From sequence record SRR31156797_15833: 34,926 bases of DNA. One strand, written 5' to 3'. Position numbers and translations under genes: made by a program. Shown piece by piece: positions 7,217 through 17,400 of the stretch. Under the pieces are notes generated by a model. The model worked only from the letters and a program-made list of their open reading frames with translations, made no database searches and was not told the DNA's origin. Position 1 is the stretch's first letter, and each line of letters opens with the position of its first letter.

Positions 7217-8680
7217 TTAGTCAGACGCATGGTCTGAATGCTGGTAATTATCATCAGTATATTTTGTTGCAATCTCTATAAATTTGTCCTCTACCTCGAG
7301 AAAAGCATCCACAACCCTAGGGTCGAAATGAGTCCCTCTCCCTTCGAGTATGATCTCTTTCGCCTGTTCGTGGGTAAAAGCCGGTTTATACACCCGCTTT
7401 GATATCAGAGCGTCGTAAACATCTGCTAGAGCCATGACACGACCGGAGAGCGGTATGTCATCACCTTTTAGCTTCTGAGGGTAGCCCGAGCCGTCCCACT
7501 TTTCATGGTGAGAGTATGATATCTCCTCTGCGAGCCGGAGGAAGGAGTTTTTACCGAGTACCGAGCCAGCGGTATCAAGAGCTTTTTTGCCGAAATACGG
7601 ATGACGTTTCATTATTTTAAATTCTTCATCGGTCAGCTTTCCTGGCTTTAAGAGGATATTATCAGGGATGCCGACTTTACCTATATCGTGAAGAGGTGCA
7701 GATTTATACATTAGCTCAATCACATCATCAGGTAGTTCTTCAGCGAGTTCCGGATGTTTACAAAGGGTGTGAGCCAGCTCCTTAACATACCTTTGTGTTC
7801 GCATGATGTGTGCACCTGTTTCGTTGTCTCTTGTCTCTGCTAGGGATGCGAGGCTCAGGATAGATACGTCCTGCGTAAGCTGAAGTGCTTCTGTTCTCTC
7901 TTTAAGGCTGGATATCATTTCGTTGGTAAACATCGCCATCTGACCGAACTCATCCACCGAGCTGACAGGTACAGATGCCTCAAGGTCGCCTGAGACAACC
8001 GCCGCCATTGCAGTGTTTTGATAGCATAGATAAGCTTTCAGGTTTTTAGAGAACGACATCGCAATCCGTGATGAATAAGCTATGTATACAGCGAAAACGA
8101 ATATAAACTCTTTTAAAACTGATATAGTGGCATCCTTCGTGCTTTGATCAGTATTCATAATCCAGTCGAGGTCTTTTATAACCACCAGAAATGTTGAGCC
8201 GAGTACAAAAAATGTCGTGAGTATCGCAAAGGTAATGAATTTCTTAGTGAGTGAAGCGTAGGAGTCGCTTATCTTCATGTGCTGACCGGTTTCAGCGAGA
8301 TGGTGTATAACTGACTGTCTGGTGGTTAGAGCCGTGTCTAGGCTTAAAAAGAAGGCTATCGTTGTCCAGCCGACAATAAGCTTAATAGAGCTGAATATAG
8401 GAAAGCCGAGGAAGATACAGTTGTATATTCCGGCTACAACTCCGCCTGAAAGGAAAATCAGAAAATTGGACTTCATAACAAGATGAGATTTTCCAACAGG
8501 ACCTTCACGGGTAATCTTTTTGAAATAAAGAGCGTTAACGGCAAAAGTCAGAGAGAATATAATTATAGTCTCTGATGCCCAGTCTAAAAGTGTAAGTGAC
8601 TCTATGTAGGGACAAACCTGTCCACCATATAGAGTGAGAACGATGAATGCGACGAGATAATGAATAGCAAGCTTTTGCAT
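7217..8680 (-). CDS. Membrane-bound HD-GYP phosphodiesterase with HAMP domain (likely c-di-GMP)
   Basis: Multi-TM N-terminus, HAMP ('GDLEASVPVSSVDEFGQMA'), then ETGAHI.R, LHDIGK, HHEKWDGSGYP, ADVYDAL, RVYK and HFDP motifs. Confidence 0.93.
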   Translation of the reverse strand: MQKLAIHYLVAFIVLTLYGGQVCPYIESLTLLDWASETIIIFSLTFAVNALYFKKITREGPVGKSHLVMKSNFLIFLSGGVVAGIYNCIFLGFPIFSSIKLIVGWTTIAFFLSLDTALTTRQSVIHHLAETGQHMKISDSYASLTKKFITFAILTTFFVLGSTFLVVIKDLDWIMNTDQSTKDATISVLKEFIFVFAVYIAYSSRIAMSFSKNLKAYLCYQNTAMAAVVSGDLEASVPVSSVDEFGQMAMFTNEMISSLKERTEALQLTQDVSILSLASLAETRDNETGAHIMRTQRYVKELAHTLCKHPELAEELPDDVIELMYKSAPLHDIGKVGIPDNILLKPGKLTDEEFKIMKRHPYFGKKALDTAGSVLGKNSFLRLAEEISYSHHEKWDGSGYPQKLKGDDIPLSGRVMALADVYDALISKRVYKPAFTHEQAKEIILEGRGTHFDPRVVDAFLEVEDKFIEIATKYTDDNYQHSDHASD

Positions 8681-8774
8681 GGAAACTCCTTCACCTTATA
8701 TTATAATATTTTACATATGGTTAGGATACAAGTCTTTATAATGAAATTTCGTAATGTTTTTGTTAGAATTCAGT

Positions 8775-9530
8775 ATGGAAATCAAGTCATATATACTCCC
8801 GGTGTGGATGTTTCTTCTGTTGCTGACTGAAATTGCATCTCCTTTCTACAAATTTAAGCAGAGCAAGCTTCGCCACGGTGTGGTTAATATTACGTCAGGG
8901 CTGATATCATTCACTTTGACAGGGCTGATCTTTTCTGCTGTTGTATCTATGGCGCTGAAAGCTGATGTTGGGCTTGCTGCCTACTTGGAAGCTGAGTGGC
9001 TCAAATATCTTCTGGTGATGATTGTTTTTGATCTGTGGATGTACGCTTGGCACAGGATGAACCATGAGATACCTTTCTTCTGGAAATTTCATAAGGCGCA
9101 TCACGCTGACACAGCGATGGATGTAACAACAGGGATAAGATTTCACCCGATTGAGCTTATACTGTCTACTATCATAAGGCTTCCGGTTTATCTTCTGCTC
9201 GGAGTTAGTCTTGATATTATAGTTATTTACGAATCATTTCTCGCTGTTGTAGTGCTGTTTCATCACAGTAATATCAAACTGCCGGATGGTTTAGATGTGG
9301 CATTGAGCTGGGTAATCCCAACGCCAGCGATGCACAAGGTTCACCATAGCGATTTTTATAAAGAGACAAACTCAAATTACGGAACGGTACTGTCTGTTTG
9401 GGACCGAATGTTCGGCACATTTAACGGAAGGCTCGACTCAGAGCACATAAATATCGGTCTTACAAACTTCAGAGATGAAAAATCACAATCATTATCAGGT
9501 TTTATGCTTATCCCGTTTAAAAAAGGTTAA
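8775..9530 (+). CDS. Sterol desaturase / fatty acid hydroxylase superfamily membrane protein
   Basis: Histidine boxes HRMNH, HKAHH, RFHP, HHSN and HKVHH, plus NYG...WDRMFGT. Start placed at MEIKS. Confidence 0.92.
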   Translation: MEIKSYILPVWMFLLLLTEIASPFYKFKQSKLRHGVVNITSGLISFTLTGLIFSAVVSMALKADVGLAAYLEAEWLKYLLVMIVFDLWMYAWHRMNHEIPFFWKFHKAHHADTAMDVTTGIRFHPIELILSTIIRLPVYLLLGVSLDIIVIYESFLAVVVLFHHSNIKLPDGLDVALSWVIPTPAMHKVHHSDFYKETNSNYGTVLSVWDRMFGTFNGRLDSEHINIGLTNFRDEKSQSLSGFMLIPFKKG

Positions 9531-10336
9531 ACGGAGAAACGTGCAAAATAACCGTTGGTCAGGTGATTTCCGCTCTTAGCGTTCATAACTAATTCACCGC
9601 TCTCTAATTTTGCCGATTGAGGACACATCTTCTTTAACTGTTTAGCGAGGTCTTTCGCATTCATAGAAGGGTCGTGAGCAGTTAAAAGGACAAATGCAGG
9701 TGTACCGCCGGAGAGTTTATATATTAGCTCCATAAGGGTAGGCAGATCCTTTGAAAGTTTCCACGTTTTACTCTTTCCGCCTTTACCAAAAGCGGGTGGG
9801 TCGAATATAAAACCGTCATACTTTTTATCACGCTTTACTTCTTTCTTCATAAAAGTGATGACATCATCGTGTATATATCTTATATCATTATTAATTTTGA
9901 AGGAAAGCTCCATGTTTTGTTTAGCCTTTTTTATAGCCGGCTTGGATGCGTCAAGGTGAGTGACCCTGTTTATGTGATTACTGCAAAAAAGGGTTGAACC
10001 GCCGGTGTAAGCGAAACCGTTTAAGATTTTATGCTTTTCCCCCTGAGTAATATTCTGAAGCCATTTCCAGTTTTCCATCTGCTCCGGGAAGATGCCGACC
10101 TGTCCTTTATCCATCTTCGAGAGTGAAAATGTTATATCATTAAAGTGAGTTGTGAATTCCTCGTTGTCGCCTGTCCATTTTTCGTTTTCATAATATAGCT
10201 CTGCCTTATTCCAATCAGAGACGGGGAGCGCAGGTTTCCACTCCGCCTTTTTTGCCGGTCTTATAGCTGTAATGTTTCCGAACTGTTCGAGTCTTTTTCC
10301 ATTGCCCGTATCAAGTAATTTATAATCAGTGTTCAT
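9527..10336 (-). CDS. Class I SAM-dependent methyltransferase (RlmI/RlmK-like family)
   Basis: N-terminal 'YKLLDTGNGKRLEQFG', 'VGIFPEQ..NW', motif I 'LNGFAYTGG', 'HLDAS' and 'FDPPAFG'. Confidence 0.85.
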   Translation of the reverse strand: MNTDYKLLDTGNGKRLEQFGNITAIRPAKKAEWKPALPVSDWNKAELYYENEKWTGDNEEFTTHFNDITFSLSKMDKGQVGIFPEQMENWKWLQNITQGEKHKILNGFAYTGGSTLFCSNHINRVTHLDASKPAIKKAKQNMELSFKINNDIRYIHDDVITFMKKEVKRDKKYDGFIFDPPAFGKGGKSKTWKLSKDLPTLMELIYKLSGGTPAFVLLTAHDPSMNAKDLAKQLKKMCPQSAKLESGELVMNAKSGNHLTNGYFARFSV

Positions 10337-10483
10337 TGGTGTTCCTTTTGTGAATCATATATTTTTTTATAACAGTTGCCGAGGGAAAAGTAAACAAGGC
10401 TGATGCAGGCAACCCTTGTAGCAGTGTAATGTGTTTTGAATGTGAGCAGAATTAAAATAAATTGTTAAAGTGTATATTAATAC

Positions 10484-10512
10484 TTGACTGACTGACGAGT
10501 CAGTCGTATATT
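10484..10512 (+). promoter_or_regulatory. Sigma70 promoter with a TetR-type operator in the spacer
   Basis: TTGACT (10484-89), 17 bp, TATATT (10507-12). The spacer holds the perfect inverted repeat GACTGAC-GA-GTCAGTC (10490-10505). Confidence 0.85.
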
Positions 10513-10519
10513 CCAGATC

Positions 10520-11086
10520 ATGGAAAAACAAAACGAAACCAAACAAAAATTACTGAGTGCGGCTTGCGCTGTGTTTAGAGAAAAAGGGTACGAAAAGTCT
10601 AAGGTCTCAGAGATAGTAGCTCTGGCAGATGTAGCTCAGGGAACTTTTTATCTCTATTTTAAGACTAAGAATGACTGTCTCGACGAGCTTTCGCTCTGTC
10701 TTATGGAGAGCTTCCTTGATGACATTAGAAGAGAGACTGAGCAGATCGATAAGGACTCAATAAACAGGGTTGTAAAGATCGTTATTGATAAGATGCGTAC
10801 TCACAGAGATGTCATGATGATAACTCACTTCGAGCAGAATAACATTTCTCAGGAGACGTGGGATAAGCATAACGACATAGTTACCGAAGGCTTGTCGCTT
10901 ATAGAAGATGCTTTTGTTGCTTTGGGTCTTTCACCTGAATCGGCAAAGATGAAGGCACTCCTTATGGATGCTGTTTTTGCGCAGTTTCTACTCAGTGAGA
11001 TTTATTATTTTAACTCAAATAAACGCTTTAAGAGTGTTGATGTTGAGGAGATGGTGAAAATAGTGATCGATGAGGTTAATTTTTAA
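10520..11086 (+). CDS. TetR/AcrR-family transcriptional regulator
   Basis: N-terminal HTH 'LLSAACAVFREKGYEKSKVSEIVALADVAQGTFYLYFKTK'; first gene of an efflux operon. Confidence 0.95.
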   Translation: MEKQNETKQKLLSAACAVFREKGYEKSKVSEIVALADVAQGTFYLYFKTKNDCLDELSLCLMESFLDDIRRETEQIDKDSINRVVKIVIDKMRTHRDVMMITHFEQNNISQETWDKHNDIVTEGLSLIEDAFVALGLSPESAKMKALLMDAVFAQFLLSEIYYFNSNKRFKSVDVEEMVKIVIDEVNF

Positions 11087-13365
11087 TGAAGAAAGTAATA
11101 GTTTTTCTGCTGCTTTTACTCCCCGTAATAGCTTTTTCTAAGACTTATAAAGTAGGCGTGGTTGCATCCTCAGGAGACAGCCTCTCCGCTTCGAGCATAC
11201 AGAAAGAGACGGAGAGTTTTGTGACAGGCAGTGCCAGTTCAGATGTGTCAAAATATTTTTATGAGCCTTCCGCTCAGCTTAAGGATGTTGATTCTGTTAT
11301 CAGCAAAGCTAATGCTGAATCAGATATTCTCATCGTGTTAGGTGATGTAGCGGTTGGCAGGGCTTCCGGTTTGAATGACCTGAAACCGGCTATTGCAGTA
11401 GCTGGTGTTTCTAATAATTCTCTCGAGAATTTTGTTTATAACATATATTCAGATATCGACTACTCCGCTGAGCTCGAAGCATTCAGGGAGCTTTTCGAAT
11501 TTGATAGTTTAAAGGTTCTTGCAAGTAGCTATGTCGCTTGTAGTTCAAGCATATGCGCGGACACTATCTCTAATATAGTAAAGAATATAACTGTTCCATA
11601 CGAGAAAGTTACTTTAAACAGTACAGAAAAAGAGCAGCTCTCCCAATCATTTGAAAGTGGTGATACGGTTCTTGTGATGAACCAGCCTCAGCTGACCGTA
11701 GAGGAGTACAAAGGGTTGCTCAGAAATTTGGCAGAGCTTGGTGTTAAAACTTTCGGCTTCGATAATTACAGAGACATCGAAAATGGGATGCTCGCTGTTA
11801 ACTCTCCAGACAGAGACTATACAAAAACAGCGAGAACAGCCGCAGTTGCGGTTATGGAAATAATAGCAGGTAAAAGATCAGCAGAGAATATTAAGATACC
11901 GAGAACAAGCGGTCTTGTCATAGATATGGAAACGGCGAACAGAGCCGGATTCTCCCCTTCATGGGACTATATGCGTTCTGCTGAACTGATTAATTACGAT
12001 AAGTTTGTAGCTTATGATAAATCTCTTAACTATAAGCAGGTTTTAATTCAGGCTATAGAGAATAATGAAGATGTTGCAAATGGGAAGATTGACCTTGAGA
12101 CTGCGAAAGAGCTTTTGGAAATGTCCAAATCAGCATTACGCCCGACGGTGAACCTATCCTCTTCCCTCGTCCGTATTGATGATGACAGAGCCCGCTCAGC
12201 GAGAGGTACCTCACCGGAGCAGACATTTGATGTCGCTCTTGCGCTTCAGCAGATAATTTATTCCGAAGAGGTTTTAAGCCTTAAAGATAAGGCATTTTTT
12301 AACAAGAAATCGAGCGAAGTTCTCGCCAAACAGGCAGAGCTTGACGTTTTACAATCAGCGGCTAAGGCTTACCTGGGCGTTCTGAGGGGCAGAACCTACT
12401 TGAATATTGCAATAGATAACCTCAGCACAACAAAATCTAATTACGATCTGGCGAAAAACAGAGATATCGCAGGCGCAGCAAACCCTGCTGAGCTTTACAG
12501 ATGGGAAGCGAGGATAGCTCTTGCGAAAGTAGATGTTGCTAACAGCTCTAACACTCTTAAGTCTGCAATGACAGAGCTTGCGAGGATTATAGGCGAAGAT
12601 ATAGACGGATTTTACGATCTGGAAGAACTAGACCTTAGAAGTGAATATACGATTGTTAATCTGGTATCAAGTCAGAATGGGTTTTTGACTAATAGAAAGT
12701 CGTATTCAAAGTTTAAAAAACTTATGACTAAGGCGGCTGTTGATAATTCAGTTGAGATTAAATCACTCAAATACCTTTTAGAGGCGGCAGACAGATCTGT
12801 CCTCTCTGTGGAGAGGAGCTATTATCATCCGACTGTTGCGCTGAATGGTTCATACAAAAGATATCTTAACAAATCAGGTGAAGGCGATACATATGACGCC
12901 GGATGGTACGATGATAATGAGTGGAATCTCGGTTTGAGCGCAAGCATCCCTCTTTACGAAGGCGGAAGAAGAAAGGCGGAGCTTAACGTTGAAAAAGCGT
13001 CACTCAGAAAGCTTCAGCACAACAGGGCAAAGGTTACTAAGCTTGTTAAGCAGAGGATGATCACGGCTATGGAGAACTCGAGAGCAGCTTATGACAGCTA
13101 CTTTCTCGCAGGCGCAAGTGCAGAGGCAGCGGATAAAACGCTTGATATAGTCTCTGATCTCTACTCCAGAGGAGCAGTCTCCATCACAGATTTAATCGAT
13201 GCACAGAATGAGAAATTCAACGCTGATACAAATGTCGCATCAAGCCTTTACGCTTTCCTTGATAGAGTAGTGGACGTTGAGCGTGCATACGGAAAGTTTA
13301 CAGCTTTTTCAAGCGATGCAGAGAAACAGATAATAACAGATATGATAACGAATACAGTGGAATAG
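11086..13365 (+). CDS. TolC-family outer-membrane efflux protein with a ~300-aa N-terminal extra domain
   Basis: Signal peptide. The C-terminal ~450 aa have two OEP repeats ('LRPTVNLS', 'YHPTVALNG', 'LSASIPLYEGG', 'YSRGAVSITDLIDAQ'). Start overlaps the tetR stop (TAATG). Confidence 0.9.
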   Translation: MKKVIVFLLLLLPVIAFSKTYKVGVVASSGDSLSASSIQKETESFVTGSASSDVSKYFYEPSAQLKDVDSVISKANAESDILIVLGDVAVGRASGLNDLKPAIAVAGVSNNSLENFVYNIYSDIDYSAELEAFRELFEFDSLKVLASSYVACSSSICADTISNIVKNITVPYEKVTLNSTEKEQLSQSFESGDTVLVMNQPQLTVEEYKGLLRNLAELGVKTFGFDNYRDIENGMLAVNSPDRDYTKTARTAAVAVMEIIAGKRSAENIKIPRTSGLVIDMETANRAGFSPSWDYMRSAELINYDKFVAYDKSLNYKQVLIQAIENNEDVANGKIDLETAKELLEMSKSALRPTVNLSSSLVRIDDDRARSARGTSPEQTFDVALALQQIIYSEEVLSLKDKAFFNKKSSEVLAKQAELDVLQSAAKAYLGVLRGRTYLNIAIDNLSTTKSNYDLAKNRDIAGAANPAELYRWEARIALAKVDVANSSNTLKSAMTELARIIGEDIDGFYDLEELDLRSEYTIVNLVSSQNGFLTNRKSYSKFKKLMTKAAVDNSVEIKSLKYLLEAADRSVLSVERSYYHPTVALNGSYKRYLNKSGEGDTYDAGWYDDNEWNLGLSASIPLYEGGRRKAELNVEKASLRKLQHNRAKVTKLVKQRMITAMENSRAAYDSYFLAGASAEAADKTLDIVSDLYSRGAVSITDLIDAQNEKFNADTNVASSLYAFLDRVVDVERAYGKFTAFSSDAEKQIITDMITNTVE

Positions 13366-13378
13366 TAAGGAGATTTTG

Positions 13379-14446
13379 ATGTTGCGTAAGATATTAGTAT
13401 TAATGGTGATAACGACTTTTATAGCAGCTTGCGGAGGTGAAGAGACCAAATCTTTTAACCCTGACGAGCATGTGAGACCTATAAAGACATATAAGGTAAC
13501 GTCTGTGAAGCGGATGGACGTTCGCACTTATCCGGGTAAAATCAAAGCGGGCAAGAAGGTTGACGTTTCTTTCATAGTACCTGGTTCACTCATAGAGCTG
13601 GGAGTGAAAGAGGGTGATTATGTTGAGAAGGGGAAACTCCTTGCGAGACTTGATAACGCTTCATATAAGCATAATCTGAATACAATCAATGCACAGCTTG
13701 AAGAGGCGACACTAGCTTATCAACGTGCGAAAAAGCTTTGGGTGTCAAACGCTATCTCTAAGGCTGACTACGACAGAGCTAGATCATCTTTTAACGTTCT
13801 TAAATCTCAGAAGAATTTGTCAGAAAAGAGCTTGAGAGACACCTATGTCTACGCTCCTTTCTCCGGCTTTGTAGCCCGCAGATATATAGATAATTTTCAG
13901 ACAGTTGCGGCGGGTGCACCTATCGTAAGTGTACAGAATATAAAAGAGATCGAGGTTGAGGTGAACATACCTGAAAGCCTTATCATGAGCAGAGCTAATA
14001 CTATGAGCTATAAGGCGTTTGCCGTTTTTGAGATACCTATCTACAGAGAGTATGAGATGCACCTTAAAGAGATCGCATCAGAGGCTGATCCTGTGACACA
14101 GACTTATCTTGCTAGGTTTGTTATGCCTTCACCTGGGGATATTAATGTTTTACCTGGTATGACTGTGGCGGCTAAGATTGTTATAAGCGAAAAATATGAA
14201 TCCGGTCAGTATGAAGTGCCTGAGAGTGCTATTTTTAGTGACTCAACAGGTAATGTTTACACTTGGGTTCTCGGCGCTGATATGAAAGTTTCTAAGCGTG
14301 AGATCAAGACTGACGGACTGAAAAATAATAAAATACTTGTCCTCTCCGGACTCAAAGAAGGGGAAGAGATAGCTGTGGCTGGTATTCAGCACCTTTCAGA
14401 AGGTAAGGAAGTTAAAAGGCTTGCTAAAACGGAGATTGTAAGATGA
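13379..14446 (+). CDS. RND efflux periplasmic adaptor (membrane fusion protein), lipoprotein
   Basis: Lipobox FIAA-C, lipoyl half-motifs 'VKEGDYVEKGKLLARLD' and 'VYAPFSGFV', 'LPGMT', 'GLKEGEEI'; AAGGAG RBS. Confidence 0.95.
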   Translation: MLRKILVLMVITTFIAACGGEETKSFNPDEHVRPIKTYKVTSVKRMDVRTYPGKIKAGKKVDVSFIVPGSLIELGVKEGDYVEKGKLLARLDNASYKHNLNTINAQLEEATLAYQRAKKLWVSNAISKADYDRARSSFNVLKSQKNLSEKSLRDTYVYAPFSGFVARRYIDNFQTVAAGAPIVSVQNIKEIEVEVNIPESLIMSRANTMSYKAFAVFEIPIYREYEMHLKEIASEADPVTQTYLARFVMPSPGDINVLPGMTVAAKIVISEKYESGQYEVPESAIFSDSTGNVYTWVLGADMKVSKREIKTDGLKNNKILVLSGLKEGEEIAVAGIQHLSEGKEVKRLAKTEIVR

Positions 14447-17400
14447 GTATTGCTGAAACAACAATAAGGAAGAAAACCTTCTTCCTGTTTCTTACTATAT
14501 GTTTAATAGGTATAGGTGTTCTTGCATACCAGAGCTTAGGTCGATTGGAAAACCCTGAGTATACTATCAAGACGGCTGTGGTTGTGACGCAATATCCCGG
14601 TGCAACTCCGCTGGAGGTAGAGCAGGAAGTCACAGACCCTATGGAGAGGGCTATCCAGCAGTTAGGACAGCTCGACGAGATACGCTCATTCTCCCGTGAC
14701 GGGCTCTCGTTTATATTCGTTGATGTGAAGGACAATTTTGATAAGAATGACCTTCCGCAAATCTGGGACGAACTCCGTAGAAAAGTTCAGGCGGGGCAGG
14801 GCGACCTCCCTCCGGGTGCAGGGCCATCAATTGTTAACGACGATTTCGGTGACGTTTTTGGCGTTTTTTACGCTTTCTACGGTGACGGTTATAACTATAA
14901 AGAGCTTGAAGACTATGCAGACATGCTCAAGAGAGAACTTCTCCTTGTTGATGATGTCGCTAAGGTAGAGCTTTACGGTGCGCAGACAGAGACAATCTTT
15001 ATTGAGATGCCCAGAGTGAAGATTTCACAGCTGGGGATAAGTCCAACACAGATGGTACAGACGTTTCAGGCGCAGAATATCGTTGTGGACGAAGGGAAAA
15101 TTCAGGTCGGTGATGACTATATCTCAGTGAATACTACAGGTATTTTCAGAACAGTGGAGGAGATTGGTGACATGCTCATCCGCTCCGGTTCATCAGATAA
15201 GATGATCCACCTTAAAGATATCGCGCACATATATCGAGGCTACTACGAACCTTCACAAACTAAGCTTCGCTTTAACGGAAAGCCGGCGATAGGGCTTGGT
15301 ATATCCACAGTGAAGGGCGGTAATGTTGTTGATATGGGTAAGGCAGTTTCAAAGCGACTTTCGGAGCTTGAACCTGAGAGACCTATAGGTATAGAACGTG
15401 GGACTATCGCTTATCAGTCGGGCACTGTTGAAAAAGCTGTGAACGGTTTTGTGCTTAATCTGGTTGAGGCTGTGGGCATTGTTATTGTTGTCCTTCTGAT
15501 ATTTATGGGGCTTCGTGTTGGTCTTCTGATCGGTGCGATACTTCTTATTACTATCCTTACGACATTTATATTTATGAATGCAACTGGAGTAACTTTACAG
15601 AATATATCACTCGGTGCGCTCATCATTGCGCTCGGTATGCTGGTAGACAACGCCATCGTTGTTTCAGAGGGGATACTGATCAAGATACAGATGGGGCGTG
15701 ACAGGCTGGAGGCGGCTACATCCACTGTCCAGGAGACAATGTGGCCACTCCTCGGTGCTACGGTCATTGCGACTATGGCATTTGTAGCCATCGCTATATC
15801 TAATGACAGTTCTGGTGAGTTTCTCATATCACTCTTTCAGGTTATCGGCTCATCTTTAATGTTTAGCTGGGTGTTTGCTATAACCCTTACCCCGCTTTTC
15901 TGTTATATGGTTCTCCGTCCGAAAAAGGGCGGTGCGGTAGAAGATCCTTACGCCGGCGGAATATACACAGCTTATAAGAAGATGCTCTCGCTTATGATAC
16001 ACTACAGGTGGGTGACAATCGGAGTCATGGCTGCATGCTTTGTTGTTGCTATATACGGCTTCGGTTTTGTTAAGCAGTCGTTTTTCCCTGAATCAACCAG
16101 ACCGCAGGTTATGATTAATATGTGGATGAAAGAGGGTGTCCACATAGACACAACTGAAAAGGTTGTGATGAAGGCTGAAAAGGATCTAAGCCAGCTTGAG
16201 CATGTGGAAGATGTGATCTCCTTCGTTGGTGAGGGTGCGCTCAGGTTTTTGCTCACTTATGATGTAGAGCAGAACAACCCCGCATATGCGCAGATGATTC
16301 TTTCAGTAGACGACTATAAAGCTATCGACAGTATGATACCTCAGATTAAGAAGTATTATTTTGAGAATGTTCCTGAGGTACAGATAAGTATAAAGAAATT
16401 TCAGCTCGGACCTGGAAGCAGTTCAAAGATTGAGGCGAGATTCTCCGGTAAAGATCCGCAGATTCTGCGTGAGCTCTCCGAAAAGGCGCAGGCTGTCATG
16501 AGGGCAGACCCTAAGTCTGACTTTGTACGTGACGACTGGAGACAGAAGGTTAAGACAATTGATGTGAATCTGGCTGAGGCTCAGGCTAAATCAGCAGGGA
16601 TTACCAGAAGCATGATCAACGATGCAATAAAATCATCTTTCAGCGGTGTTGCAACGGGGCTGTTCAGAGAGGGGAACGATCTCATCCCTATAGTTTTCCG
16701 CTCTCCAGAGAGTGAGCGGAGCAATGTTGATTCACTTATGGATGTTCAGGTTTTTTCTACTTTGCACGGTAAATATGTGCCAATACAGCAAGTAGTTGAG
16801 AGCATCGAGACAGGTTACTCTGACTCTGTTATCCGCAGGAAGAACAGAGCGCGAACTATCACCGTGAAAAACGACCCGAGAGAGGGGACAGCAGATGCAC
16901 TTTTTAAAAGAATTCGCGGCGGTGTGGAGGCGATAGAGCTTCCTGACGGATATGCCCTTGAGTGGGGCGGTGAGTATGAGAGCTCCGGTGATGCACAGAA
17001 GAAGCTCATGGCTAACGTGCCTGGCGCATTTCTTGTGATGGTGCTTATAATGGTGCTCCTCTTTAACAGGATGAAGCAGCCTGTAATCATCGTTTTACTT
17101 CTTCCGCTTGCTCTGGTTGGTGTTTCTGCCGGGCTGTTGATAATGGATAAACCTTTCGGTTTTATGTCTCTGCTAGGTTTTCTCAGCTTGTCAGGTATGC
17201 TGATTAAGAATGCAATTGTCCTTCTTGATCAGATAGATATAGAACTTCGAGGTGGTAAAGAGCAGTTGAATGCGGTTGTTGATGCCTCTGTGAGCAGGAT
17301 TCGACCTGTTGCTATGGCGGCACTCACTACTATCCTCGGTATGGCACCGCTCGTCGTTGATGCGTTTTTCTCATCTATGGCAGTGACCATAATGTTTGGT

